Shown here in pieces: positions 21,990 through 30,299 of a DNA stretch of 32,251 nucleotides. A program made the position numbers and the translations under genes. Position 1 is the stretch's first letter, and every line of letters starts with the position of its first letter. The notes beneath the pieces were generated by a model. That model searched no databases. It worked only from the letters and a program-made list of their open reading frames with translations, and was not told the origin of the DNA. Origin of the DNA: Candidatus Woesearchaeota archaeon (lineage in GTDB: Archaea; Nanobdellota; Nanobdellia; Pacearchaeales; GW2011-AR1); assembly GCA_964407005.1 (NCBI GenBank), contig CAYOTW010000003.1, forward strand, positions 1-32,251, written 5' to 3'.

Positions 21990-23184
21990 TTTTGTTTTTT
22001 TTAACATATTTAATTGCATCAATAATTCCTTGAATGTCTCTATCAAAATTCCAATTTAAAACAGTTTTTAAGGCTTCCTCCCCTAGCTCCTTTTCCTTAC
22101 TTCGACTTTCCAATATCATTTCGATATACTCAGTTAATTTATCAATGTCTCCTAGATTATATATAAAACCATTTTTGCCAGGATTTATCATATCTCTTGC
22201 AGTAGCAACCCTATCTGTTGTTATAATTGGAATGCTAAAGTTCATTGCCTCATTCATCGCTTTCGGGGACCTATCTTCTTCTGAAGAAACGATAAATAAA
22301 TCTGATATAAAATAATATTTTGAGATCTCTGAAGGTTTTTTAAACCCAAAAAATTTAATATTGCTTAACCTTTTCTTTTTAACATATTCTTCTAATTCTT
22401 TTTTCTTGTCCCCTTCTCCTATAAAAATAATGCTTGTTTTATTTTTTATTTTTTTTTGGAGTTTCTCATAGGCATAGATTATATCAAAAGGCCTTTTTAT
22501 ATCAATGATTCTTCCAGTGAAATTAATTACCTTGTTATCTTTAGGGATTCCTAGATTCTTCTTTATTTCATTTTTTTTGCCTCTCATTTTTTTTGCCTCT
22601 TTTTGAAAATATTCATTATCTACTGCACAGGGATGGAAAAATAATTGTTCTTTTTTTACACCATAATGCTTATAAAAATCTGCATTCAAGCTGTAACTAT
22701 AAAGAAAAGCATCAGGTATCTTCCAGAGCATATTGTAGATCATATTTTTTAAGGACCCTTTAAATCCTCTCGATTGTTTAAGAAAATCTATCTCATCTCT
22801 AAATATAACCCGGGTGTTTAATAAAGATGAAGAAAACAAAACAAGTTTATTAGTAAAGGCAGAATAGCCGTAGATTAAAAATGCATCATAATTATTTTTC
22901 TTTATTTCATTTAAAATTCCTGGATTGATTAAGCCTCTTGGAGGGTGCGGCTTTTTTTTAAATGGATAATAGTTCTTTAAAACATAGTAATTAATGCCTT
23001 CTAAGGATAACCCCCAATCTATTCTTTTATTATATAATTCATTATAACTCTTTTTTAATGAAGATCCAGAACAAAAATAAACTGTTAATTCTATTTCTGG
23101 GTGCCTTGCCAATTTTTTATAAATAGGAATCCTATAATGGACAGGATAGATATCTAATATTGCTAATTTATGCTTTTTTGCCAT
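21982..23184 (-). CDS. Glycosyltransferase family 4 (GT-B)
   Basis: The C-terminal half contains ...FIGEGDKKKELEEY...EDRSPKAMNEAMNFSIPIITTD...GKNGF. Confidence 0.85.
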   Translation of the reverse strand: MAKKHKLAILDIYPVHYRIPIYKKLARHPEIELTVYFCSGSSLKKSYNELYNKRIDWGLSLEGINYYVLKNYYPFKKKPHPPRGLINPGILNEIKKNNYDAFLIYGYSAFTNKLVLFSSSLLNTRVIFRDEIDFLKQSRGFKGSLKNMIYNMLWKIPDAFLYSYSLNADFYKHYGVKKEQLFFHPCAVDNEYFQKEAKKMRGKKNEIKKNLGIPKDNKVINFTGRIIDIKRPFDIIYAYEKLQKKIKNKTSIIFIGEGDKKKELEEYVKKKRLSNIKFFGFKKPSEISKYYFISDLFIVSSEEDRSPKAMNEAMNFSIPIITTDRVATARDMINPGKNGFIYNLGDIDKLTEYIEMILESRSKEKELGEEALKTVLNWNFDRDIQGIIDAIKYVKKNKNE

Positions 23185-24352
23185 TCCTAATAATGATTTT
23201 TTTTAATTTTGCTACAGATTTCTTAATAAGATATTTCTTTTTAAATTCTTCCCTTATTTTTTTAAATTCTTGTTTTTTATATAAATTTTTTTCTAACCAA
23301 TGAAAAATCTCTTCAGGTTGCTTATTTTTTGAAACAAAGCCAAGATAATCTTTATCAATAATCTCTTCTATTGAGGCTGTGTCATATGATGCAACAGAAA
23401 TCCCAAACATAAAAGCCTCAATTATTACTAATCCAAATGTTTCATATTCATATTTTGTAGGGAATATTAAAAAGTTTGTTTTTTTCAAAATTTCTTTTTT
23501 CTCTTCTCCATATTTTGGCCCTAGATATTTGCATTTGTCTTTTAAATTATATTTCTTAACGAGATTATAAAATTTCTTCTTGGTTTTTCTCTCTTTCCAA
23601 TTTCCCACAAACCAACATTCAAAATCTTTTCCATTTTGTTTTAATAATTGACATATTTTTAAAACCTCTAAAGGCCCCTTAGATTCGATCATATTTGAAA
23701 GAAACAAAAGAATAGGCTTTTTGTTCCTCTTTCTTTCTCTCAAAATTTCCTTAAACTCAATATCAGAAATTTCATCAGGAATCCCATTAGGAATAATCTC
23801 TATATTTTTTTTAGGAATAATCTCCCCAATATCCTCATATAATCTTCTAGATAATATAATTACTTTTGTATTTTTAAAAACAGAGAGATAGTATTTCTTT
23901 TTTAATTCATTGTTGAGAGATTTTTTTCTAAACTTCGCATGTAAATGAAATACAATTTTTTTCCTAAACAGTTTGCACAACCAAACATATAGGCTATCTC
24001 TGAAAAATGCAAAACCATAAAGGGCAATTTCAAAATAAACTACTTTTGGTCTAAAAAAAGTAAGTTTCCATAATAATTTAAACAACACAATAAAGATTCC
24101 TAAAAACTTTAAAAAATTTAATCTCCCTATTTCTTCTAAATTATTTGAATAATTTATTTTTATCTTTTTAATCTCCCTATTTTTATCTTTTTTTAATTCA
24201 TTGAAATATAACTCATTCATTCTTGCCGCCCCATGCATTGGAGGGGAAAACCTCCCCAAAAAAAGAATCCTTTTTACCATCTCTTTTATTAATTTAAGGG
24301 CATATATAAAACATTCTAATCTCTTCCTAATCTTCTCAGAATTCGTATCCAA
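23168..24352 (-). CDS. Glycosyltransferase family 4 (GT-B)
   Basis: ...YEYETFGLVIIEAFMFGISVASYD... is the E-x7-E-type motif. The likely true start is Met25 (24280, MVKRILFLGRF). Confidence 0.85.
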   Translation of the reverse strand: MDTNSEKIRKRLECFIYALKLIKEMVKRILFLGRFSPPMHGAARMNELYFNELKKDKNREIKKIKINYSNNLEEIGRLNFLKFLGIFIVLFKLLWKLTFFRPKVVYFEIALYGFAFFRDSLYVWLCKLFRKKIVFHLHAKFRKKSLNNELKKKYYLSVFKNTKVIILSRRLYEDIGEIIPKKNIEIIPNGIPDEISDIEFKEILRERKRNKKPILLFLSNMIESKGPLEVLKICQLLKQNGKDFECWFVGNWKERKTKKKFYNLVKKYNLKDKCKYLGPKYGEEKKEILKKTNFLIFPTKYEYETFGLVIIEAFMFGISVASYDTASIEEIIDKDYLGFVSKNKQPEEIFHWLEKNLYKKQEFKKIREEFKKKYLIKKSVAKLKKIIIRNGKKA

Positions 24353-25073
24353 ATAATTCTAAATCTTTTTTATATCTCTTTTCAACAAGTTTTTTTGTTT
24401 TTTTGTTATAATATCTTTTGTAATCTTCTCTATTCTTGCTTCTATTTTTTTTAGGCAATTCTTTAGGTTTCATTCCAATTCTTTTACATATTTTTTTATA
24501 ATCTTTTTCTAGGCTTTCAAATCTTCCAAGAAAATCTACAAGAAGTTTTCCAGTCTTTTTATCTTCTATAAAAAAGGATTGCGATTTAATATGTTGGTCT
24601 GCCCTTATATCAGGGATTTTTGAAACTCTTACAACAAATTCCTCAAATGAAATTCCCCGAGGCAAGTTATTCCGGATGTTAATTGCTTCATCTGTTTTAC
24701 TTTCAAGAATTTTATTTTTATAACAACTAACGAGTCTATCATATGGATTTCTTACAAATGCAAATTTAAAATAATTCTTATACTTTTTAAAATAATCCCT
24801 TTTGTCTGCTAATTTTTTATGCCTTGCGCATCCAAAAACACTTAATAGTGTTCTTGTAGCTACTTTTTCTATGAAAAAATAGATTGCATTATGGTTTTCT
24901 AGTATAGCTCCTTTGTGTTTTTTTCTGAGATTATTTAGCAATTTAAGTAAAAAGTTTTTTATCCTTATTGCTCCTCTAAAAAATAAATTTGAGCTCTTAT
25001 TCTTTTCAATAAATCCTGCTAACTTTTTTATTTTTTTATTCTGTTCTAATTTAAGGCCCATCACCAGTAACAA
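24336..25073 (-). CDS. Sulfotransferase (Sulfotransfer_2-like)
   Basis: FIEKVATRTL (PAPS 5'-phosphate-binding-like) and FAFVRNPYDRLVSCYKNK (3'-phosphate-binding-like). An alternative start, Met5 at 25061, overlaps the upstream stop (TGATG). Confidence 0.7.
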   Translation of the reverse strand: MLLVMGLKLEQNKKIKKLAGFIEKNKSSNLFFRGAIRIKNFLLKLLNNLRKKHKGAILENHNAIYFFIEKVATRTLLSVFGCARHKKLADKRDYFKKYKNYFKFAFVRNPYDRLVSCYKNKILESKTDEAINIRNNLPRGISFEEFVVRVSKIPDIRADQHIKSQSFFIEDKKTGKLLVDFLGRFESLEKDYKKICKRIGMKPKELPKKNRSKNREDYKRYYNKKTKKLVEKRYKKDLELFGYEF

Positions 25074-25987
25074 CCTCCCTCAATCCTATTGTGTTTTTTT
25101 GGGATATCTTCCTTTAAAGGCGACGTCCAGTATTCATTTTGACCTGGTTCATTTTCCCACCTTTTTCCCTTTATGCCAAATAAGAGCTGTAAAATCCCTC
25201 CGAGATGGACGGCCTGTTTTCCTTTAGACTTCACGTAAGAAGCAAGAGGTAACCCATAGGCCCCACATCCAATAAGCGCCACATCAAAATCTTTTCCATC
25301 TATCTCTTTTTTCATGTAATCTAACGCCTCAAACCAATCCTTAAACCGAGGGTCTTCGTTATCTGCAAGTGTTTGAACAGCCCGAATAACCTCCAGTTTT
25401 TTAAGTTTTGGCAAAATTTTCAATTTATCCATTTTTTTATATTGGCTTTCAATTGTTTTTTTAAATGGATGGACAATTAAAACTTTCTTATTTTTTAAAG
25501 CATTTTTCCAAGATTTTCTAAATCCCATTGATTTTGTAGGGATAGCATAGTTTATATTTGGAAAGTTTTTAATCCATCTTAGTTTTTTCAAAAAATGATT
25601 TTTATAGTTCAAAACTACAAGGATGTCTATATCTTTAGAACTTTCAAAATAAACCTTCCTAAATTTTGGCAAAAGGTTTTTATTATTTGGAAAAAACCCA
25701 GAGTAAAAACACAATAAATCAAAATCATCCTGGCCTGCCAAGTTTCTAAATTCTGTCGTGCCATATCTTGTTAACATAAATGGTTTTCCAGATGAAATTG
25801 CATTCTGAACAAGTTTGTCTCCTTGTTTTTTTCCTAGCAATTTTATTCTTTTTCTGCCATTAAAAAAACCAATATGTTTTGCAAAAGCATTTTTAAGCCA
25901 CCACAATCCGATAGTGTTACCATAAATTTTTTTCAATAAACCATAAAGAACCGGTTTTTCTCTAAGATAATTCAGTAAAATTTTCAT
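25061..25987 (-). CDS. Putative GT-D/DUF1792-like glycosyltransferase
   Basis: TRYGTTEF resembles the RFGDGE motif. VLIVHPF... and ALIGCGAYGLPLASYVKSKGKQAVHLGG resemble the DUF1792 nucleotide-sugar pocket. Assessed by eye only. Confidence 0.6.
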   Translation of the reverse strand: MKILLNYLREKPVLYGLLKKIYGNTIGLWWLKNAFAKHIGFFNGRKRIKLLGKKQGDKLVQNAISSGKPFMLTRYGTTEFRNLAGQDDFDLLCFYSGFFPNNKNLLPKFRKVYFESSKDIDILVVLNYKNHFLKKLRWIKNFPNINYAIPTKSMGFRKSWKNALKNKKVLIVHPFKKTIESQYKKMDKLKILPKLKKLEVIRAVQTLADNEDPRFKDWFEALDYMKKEIDGKDFDVALIGCGAYGLPLASYVKSKGKQAVHLGGILQLLFGIKGKRWENEPGQNEYWTSPLKEDIPKKHNRIEGGCYW

Positions 25988-26763
25988 TCTAAATTCTTAT
26001 TCTTTATCTTATTAATAAACTTTTTCATGCCCTGAGAAAGAATGCCTACATCAGTAGAATACGCAATATATTTTATTCCCATCTTTGCGTATTTTTCCCC
26101 CATTTCAACATCATCAACAAAAATTCCAAGATACTTTCCTCTTTCCTGACATTTTTTAATAACTTCCTCAATCTTTTCTAAAACAAATGGATTTTTTATG
26201 TCTCCAGGCATTCCAAGAGAAGCAGATAAATCATATGGTCCAATAAAAACAACATCAATACCCTCAATTTCTAAGATGGAATCAATATTTTTTATACCTT
26301 CTATTCCCTCTATATGTATTATGTTAGCCACAGTCTCATTTTGCTCTAAAAAATATTTTTCTTTTTCCTTTAATGAAAAATCTGCAGCAGAGACATACTT
26401 GCAAACTCCTCTTTTTCCAGAAGGATACTTTTTTGAATTAAATTTTGTAAACTCTATCACTTTTTTTGCATCTTCCTTATTTTGAATCTGAGGGATCTGA
26501 ATCCCTCCAACCCCTAAATCTAATATTCTTTGTATTTCAATATCCTCTAATTTGCCAACGCGGACTACAGGATGAGTTTTTGCTTCTTTAGCCGCTAAAA
26601 CGAGGTTATATGTTTCTCTCACAGAATTAGGGCCATGCTCATTATCTAAAATTATAAAATCTGCTCCAGATTTTCCCAAGGCACCAATCACCAAAGGATC
26701 ATTTGTTTTACAAAAAACCCCAAACAAATTCTCTTTTTCTTTAAGTGATTCTTTTAAGCCCAT
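25984..26763 (-). CDS. HpcH/HpaI-family (class II, pyruvate-dependent) aldolase
   Basis: GADFIILDNEHGP, VVRV, ILDLGVGGIQIPQI, YPSGKRG, IHIEGIEGIKNID, VVFIGPYDLSASLG match the family pattern along the whole length. Confidence 0.85.
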   Translation of the reverse strand: MGLKESLKEKENLFGVFCKTNDPLVIGALGKSGADFIILDNEHGPNSVRETYNLVLAAKEAKTHPVVRVGKLEDIEIQRILDLGVGGIQIPQIQNKEDAKKVIEFTKFNSKKYPSGKRGVCKYVSAADFSLKEKEKYFLEQNETVANIIHIEGIEGIKNIDSILEIEGIDVVFIGPYDLSASLGMPGDIKNPFVLEKIEEVIKKCQERGKYLGIFVDDVEMGEKYAKMGIKYIAYSTDVGILSQGMKKFINKIKNKNLE

Positions 26764-26793
26764 AGTTTTCTATACCCTATAAACTTATAAACT

Positions 26794-27558
26794 TTATGAA
26801 TTTTCAGAGGGATAATCTTTAGACTTTATTTCAGTTAAGGACCTCCATAATCTTTCAGCTAAATAAAAATCTTCAATCCAATCTATATCAAGATTTTCAA
26901 TATCATCTGTTTTAAAATAATAAGGGTTTTTGCCTACCCTATCTCCAATTTTTTTCATTAATGAAAAGTCAATTAAAAATATCCCTGAATTAATCAAATA
27001 AACAGGATCTATTGTTTGGGTTTTTGGCCACCTTCCTTGTTTTTTTAAATCATAATTAACAGGGGCATTATTTTCATACCAAACATACCCCCTTATCCTT
27101 TTTACAGAAACTAGAGAATCATATTCATTTAAATTATTTAGATATGTTTTAATCGCTCTTGAATACGTTTTTTCTGTAACAAAAGGAGATGTGACATGCG
27201 TGAATAATAAATGGCCTTCTATTTTGAGTTTCTTTGCAAAATATTTTACAAACTCATCGTTAGAACATTCAGAACTAGCATAATGCTCTTCCCTATGCTC
27301 AATCTCTATTTTATCTGCGTCTATCTCTTCAGCAATCTCTATAACTCTTGGATCATTTGTAGAAATAATTATTTTAGAAATCTCTGGAACATTTAATAAC
27401 TGATGTATTTTTATTTTTAATAAGGATTCTCCTGCAAAATTTCTTGTATTTTTATTTTTAACTCTTTGAGAACCAAGTCTGCAAGGCACTAATGCGACAA
27501 TATTTTTATTTTTAGAAAGATTTTCTTTTTCAATAATTTTGCCATCTTCTTTTCCCAT
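26794..27558 (-). CDS. Cytidylyltransferase of the CMP-NeuAc/CMP-Kdo synthetase family
   Basis: IVALVPCRLGSQRVKNKNTRNFAGESLL is the N-terminal P-loop-like motif of NeuA/KdsB-type enzymes. Confidence 0.85.
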   Translation of the reverse strand: MGKEDGKIIEKENLSKNKNIVALVPCRLGSQRVKNKNTRNFAGESLLKIKIHQLLNVPEISKIIISTNDPRVIEIAEEIDADKIEIEHREEHYASSECSNDEFVKYFAKKLKIEGHLLFTHVTSPFVTEKTYSRAIKTYLNNLNEYDSLVSVKRIRGYVWYENNAPVNYDLKKQGRWPKTQTIDPVYLINSGIFLIDFSLMKKIGDRVGKNPYYFKTDDIENLDIDWIEDFYLAERLWRSLTEIKSKDYPSENS

Positions 27559-27668
27559 ATAAATAAACCCAAAACAATATTTATAAAATTAACTGACGTA
27601 AAAAATTTTAGTAATCAAATGAATCTATCCAGGCAAAGTTTTAAATACAATAATTATATAATTTATTT

Positions 27669-28421
27669 ATGATGGCAAAGAAAAAGCTTAGAATGATTGA
27701 CAGAATTCTAATGAATTTGAAAAACATATTTTTAGAAGAAACTTGGAGATTAACCCATCCTTCTTCTATCTTTGAAAAAGAGGGTTGTAAGTTTTTTCTG
27801 CCTGATAGAAGAGATTTTATTCAACAAAGAATAATTTCAAGGAATGATTTTTATGAGAGAGAGAGACTAGAAGAATTAAAAAAATATGTTAAAAAAAGTT
27901 TTGTTTATTTAGATATTGGGGCAAATATCGGGCATCATACGATTTATTTTTATAAAAAATTAGGAGCTAAAAAAGTTTATAGTTTTGAGCCCCATAAACA
28001 TCTAGTTGAAATAATTAATAAGAATCTAAAGATTAATAAGATCAAGAATGGAAAAGTTTATAATGTAGCGGTTGGAAATAATGAAAAAAGAGTTAAAATT
28101 TATACCCCAAAACCTAAAAGATTTTTAAGGAAGAATTTTGCAGTTGTGAGAGTAGATAATCATAAAGGGCAACAAGAAACAAATATGGTTAGAATTGACA
28201 GTTTAAAATTTAATAATAAAATAGATGTTATAAAAATTGACACTGAAGGTTTTGAGAAAGAAGTTTTGAGAGGAGGAGTAAAACTTATAGAAAAAGACAG
28301 ACCCTTAGTTTGGGTTGAAGTTAAAAAAGAGAATGAAAGTTTTGTTTTTGATTTTTTTAAGAAAAGGAATTATAGGAGAATTCTTGTCAAAAGAGAAGAC
28401 AATTTTTTTATACCCAAGTAA
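27669..28421 (+). CDS. FkbM-family methyltransferase
   Basis: YLDIGANIGHHTIYF ... SFEP ... VIKIDTEGFEKEVLRG. Confidence 0.85.
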   Translation: MMAKKKLRMIDRILMNLKNIFLEETWRLTHPSSIFEKEGCKFFLPDRRDFIQQRIISRNDFYERERLEELKKYVKKSFVYLDIGANIGHHTIYFYKKLGAKKVYSFEPHKHLVEIINKNLKINKIKNGKVYNVAVGNNEKRVKIYTPKPKRFLRKNFAVVRVDNHKGQQETNMVRIDSLKFNNKIDVIKIDTEGFEKEVLRGGVKLIEKDRPLVWVEVKKENESFVFDFFKKRNYRRILVKREDNFFIPK

Positions 28422-28516
28422 AAAAATTTGCGAACTAATTGTAACTTTTGGATTAAAGAATGTAAATAATCTTGTATCTACCCTAATTCATTTGCTATAG
28501 ATATATAAAAACAACT

Positions 28517-29296
28517 TCATCTCAATTTCTTGTATTTTACAAAATTTGTTGCAGGACTATTCTTAGAGGCTGAAAAGATATTTTTATACTTTTTTGAAAG
28601 TATTTTTATAACTTCTTGATCGGATTTTGCATGAGGAAACTTGTAACCTCCTTTATCTTTTGCCCAAAAATGATGGCCAAATCCCCCATCCATTCCTATC
28701 AAATAAACTTCTTTTGCACCAAAATAAAGTGCATATTGTAATAATCGAATCCCGGAAGAATAACCTCCCGGTAAATTTAGCCTTTTTAACATATTGCTTA
28801 ATTTCATAGGACTAATCAATTTTTTTAAATAATAATTATTAAGAGTATTATCTTTCAAGATATAGTGCCCCTCATCAATATTAAAATCAGATATGAAATG
28901 CTTTATCTTATGCCCTTTTAATAAATCCTTTAAATCCATCCCTCTTCCTATATAATCCCAATAAGCTTCCCTAGGAAGGTAATAAACATCAATTTCTCTG
29001 TCAATTTTTTTATTTGTTAAAATCTTTGGCCCACTATTGCAGGTTAGGATGACAACATCTTTAGGTATTTTTTTAAGGTCTTTGATAGAAGGACCAGAGC
29101 CCAGGATTAAAACTTTTTTATTTTTTATACATTCTACAAACTTTTTATTCTTTCCCAGCCTTTCTCTTCCAATATACAAATCATATTTCTTTAATGGATA
29201 AAATATAATTCTTTTTAAAACTCCCAAAAAACCTGCTCGTTTATACTCATTTCTTATAACATACTTAGCAGCTCCAGGTATTTGATTAATTTTCAT
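28517..29296 (-). CDS. Cst(GT42)/Maf(DUF115)-like transferase, putative CMP-ulosonic-acid transferase
   Basis: VLILGSGPSIKDL...VVILTCNSG and SSGIRLLQYALYFGAKEVYLIGMDG parallel the VIIAGNGPSLKEI...FRCNQF and TSGVYMCAVAIALGYKEIYLSGIDF motifs of Campylobacter Cst-II as I remember that sequence. Start moved to Met20 (29296), just after the rSAM stop. Confidence 0.65.
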   Translation of the reverse strand: MKINQIPGAAKYVIRNEYKRAGFLGVLKRIIFYPLKKYDLYIGRERLGKNKKFVECIKNKKVLILGSGPSIKDLKKIPKDVVILTCNSGPKILTNKKIDREIDVYYLPREAYWDYIGRGMDLKDLLKGHKIKHFISDFNIDEGHYILKDNTLNNYYLKKLISPMKLSNMLKRLNLPGGYSSGIRLLQYALYFGAKEVYLIGMDGGFGHHFWAKDKGGYKFPHAKSDQEVIKILSKKYKNIFSASKNSPATNFVKYKKLR

Positions 29297-29297
29297 T

Positions 29298-30299
29298 TTA
29301 TAACCACCAAACTGTTTTTTTATTACAGTTCTTACAAACAGGTATTTTGTCAAATTCGCCTTTTTTATGTAATTCTCTAATCTTCTTTAATTTTTCCCCA
29401 AACCAGATATCCTTAATAGAGTGTTCCTTAACGTTGCCTAATATAACTTGGTGGTTCCAACAATCACAACACAAAACAAAATCCCCATTCCAATCTATCA
29501 CTAATTTTTGCCAAAGCAGCTTACAAGGGGGACGACTTAATCCATTTTTGGTATGAAAACTTTTTTTAAAATTCTCATTAGATTCAATATTCCCTGCCCA
29601 ATTTCTTAAATTAATAACAGAGATATGGTCTACTTTTTCTTTCCACTCCTTATAAAATGCACCTACTTCATCGGTATTGCTTTGCTGTTCAACTAAAGAT
29701 AGGCTAATTTTTGGATTTTTTTTGTTCATCTTTTTCTTTAACTTAATAAGCCCTAAAATATTTGACCTCACTTTATCAAAATTCAGATTTTTCCTAATTT
29801 TTTCATAAGTCTCTTTTTTATAGCCATCAAAACTAATGATAATTGAATCTAGCCCCGTCTCTATAAGTTTTTTTGCATTTTTCTCATCCAAAAGAGACCC
29901 ATTACTAAAAAATACAATACTCATTCCCTTTTCTTTTGTATACTTTATTTTTTCAAACACCCCTTTATCAAGCAACGGTTCTCCAAAGAAAGTTAAACTA
30001 ATATTTTTAACACCCATTTCATGAGCCTCATCAATTATTTTTTTATAGGTTTTAAAATTCATTGTTCCAAATTCTTTTAATTTAGAGTGGGGGCACATAA
30101 TACAATTAGCATTACATAAGTTAGTCGTACCAATGTCAATAGAGGGAGGAGATTGCTCCAACTTCTTCATCTTATTTTTTATATGTCTGGAGTGTAGTCT
30201 TGTATAAATTGGGTTTTTATTTATAAAACTAGATGAAAGAATCTTGCTACCAATGGCATACCCTATTTTTGTATTTCTAATTTTGCTTAATAATTTCAT
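29298..30299 (-). CDS. Radical SAM protein with a C-terminal SPASM/twitch Cys cluster
   Basis: CNANCIMC (CxxxCxxC) followed by FFGEPLL. C-terminal Cys cluster: PPCKLLW...VLCCDCWN...IPVCKNCN. Confidence 0.85.
   Translation of the reverse strand: MKLLSKIRNTKIGYAIGSKILSSSFINKNPIYTRLHSRHIKNKMKKLEQSPPSIDIGTTNLCNANCIMCPHSKLKEFGTMNFKTYKKIIDEAHEMGVKNISLTFFGEPLLDKGVFEKIKYTKEKGMSIVFFSNGSLLDEKNAKKLIETGLDSIIISFDGYKKETYEKIRKNLNFDKVRSNILGLIKLKKKMNKKNPKISLSLVEQQSNTDEVGAFYKEWKEKVDHISVINLRNWAGNIESNENFKKSFHTKNGLSRPPCKLLWQKLVIDWNGDFVLCCDCWNHQVILGNVKEHSIKDIWFGEKLKKIRELHKKGEFDKIPVCKNCNKKTVWWL

Noticed and set aside
4881-29556. Other short track ORFs antisense to confident genes: 4881-5117, 5209-5409, 6313-6624, 6882-7166, 7565-7786, 8246-8524, 13899-14159, 14243-14431 (alternative frame, same strand), 16595-16783, 18756-18953, 19404-19799, 21150-21359, 22034-22315, 23379-23570, 24913-25227, 26198-26485, 27211-27396, 28315-28500, 28627-28809, 29347-29556, 29836-30024
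   Set aside because: Each lies inside, or largely overlaps, a longer ORF with clear family motifs. They are Phe/Leu/Ile/Ser-rich, as expected for off-frame or antisense readings of AT-rich genes.
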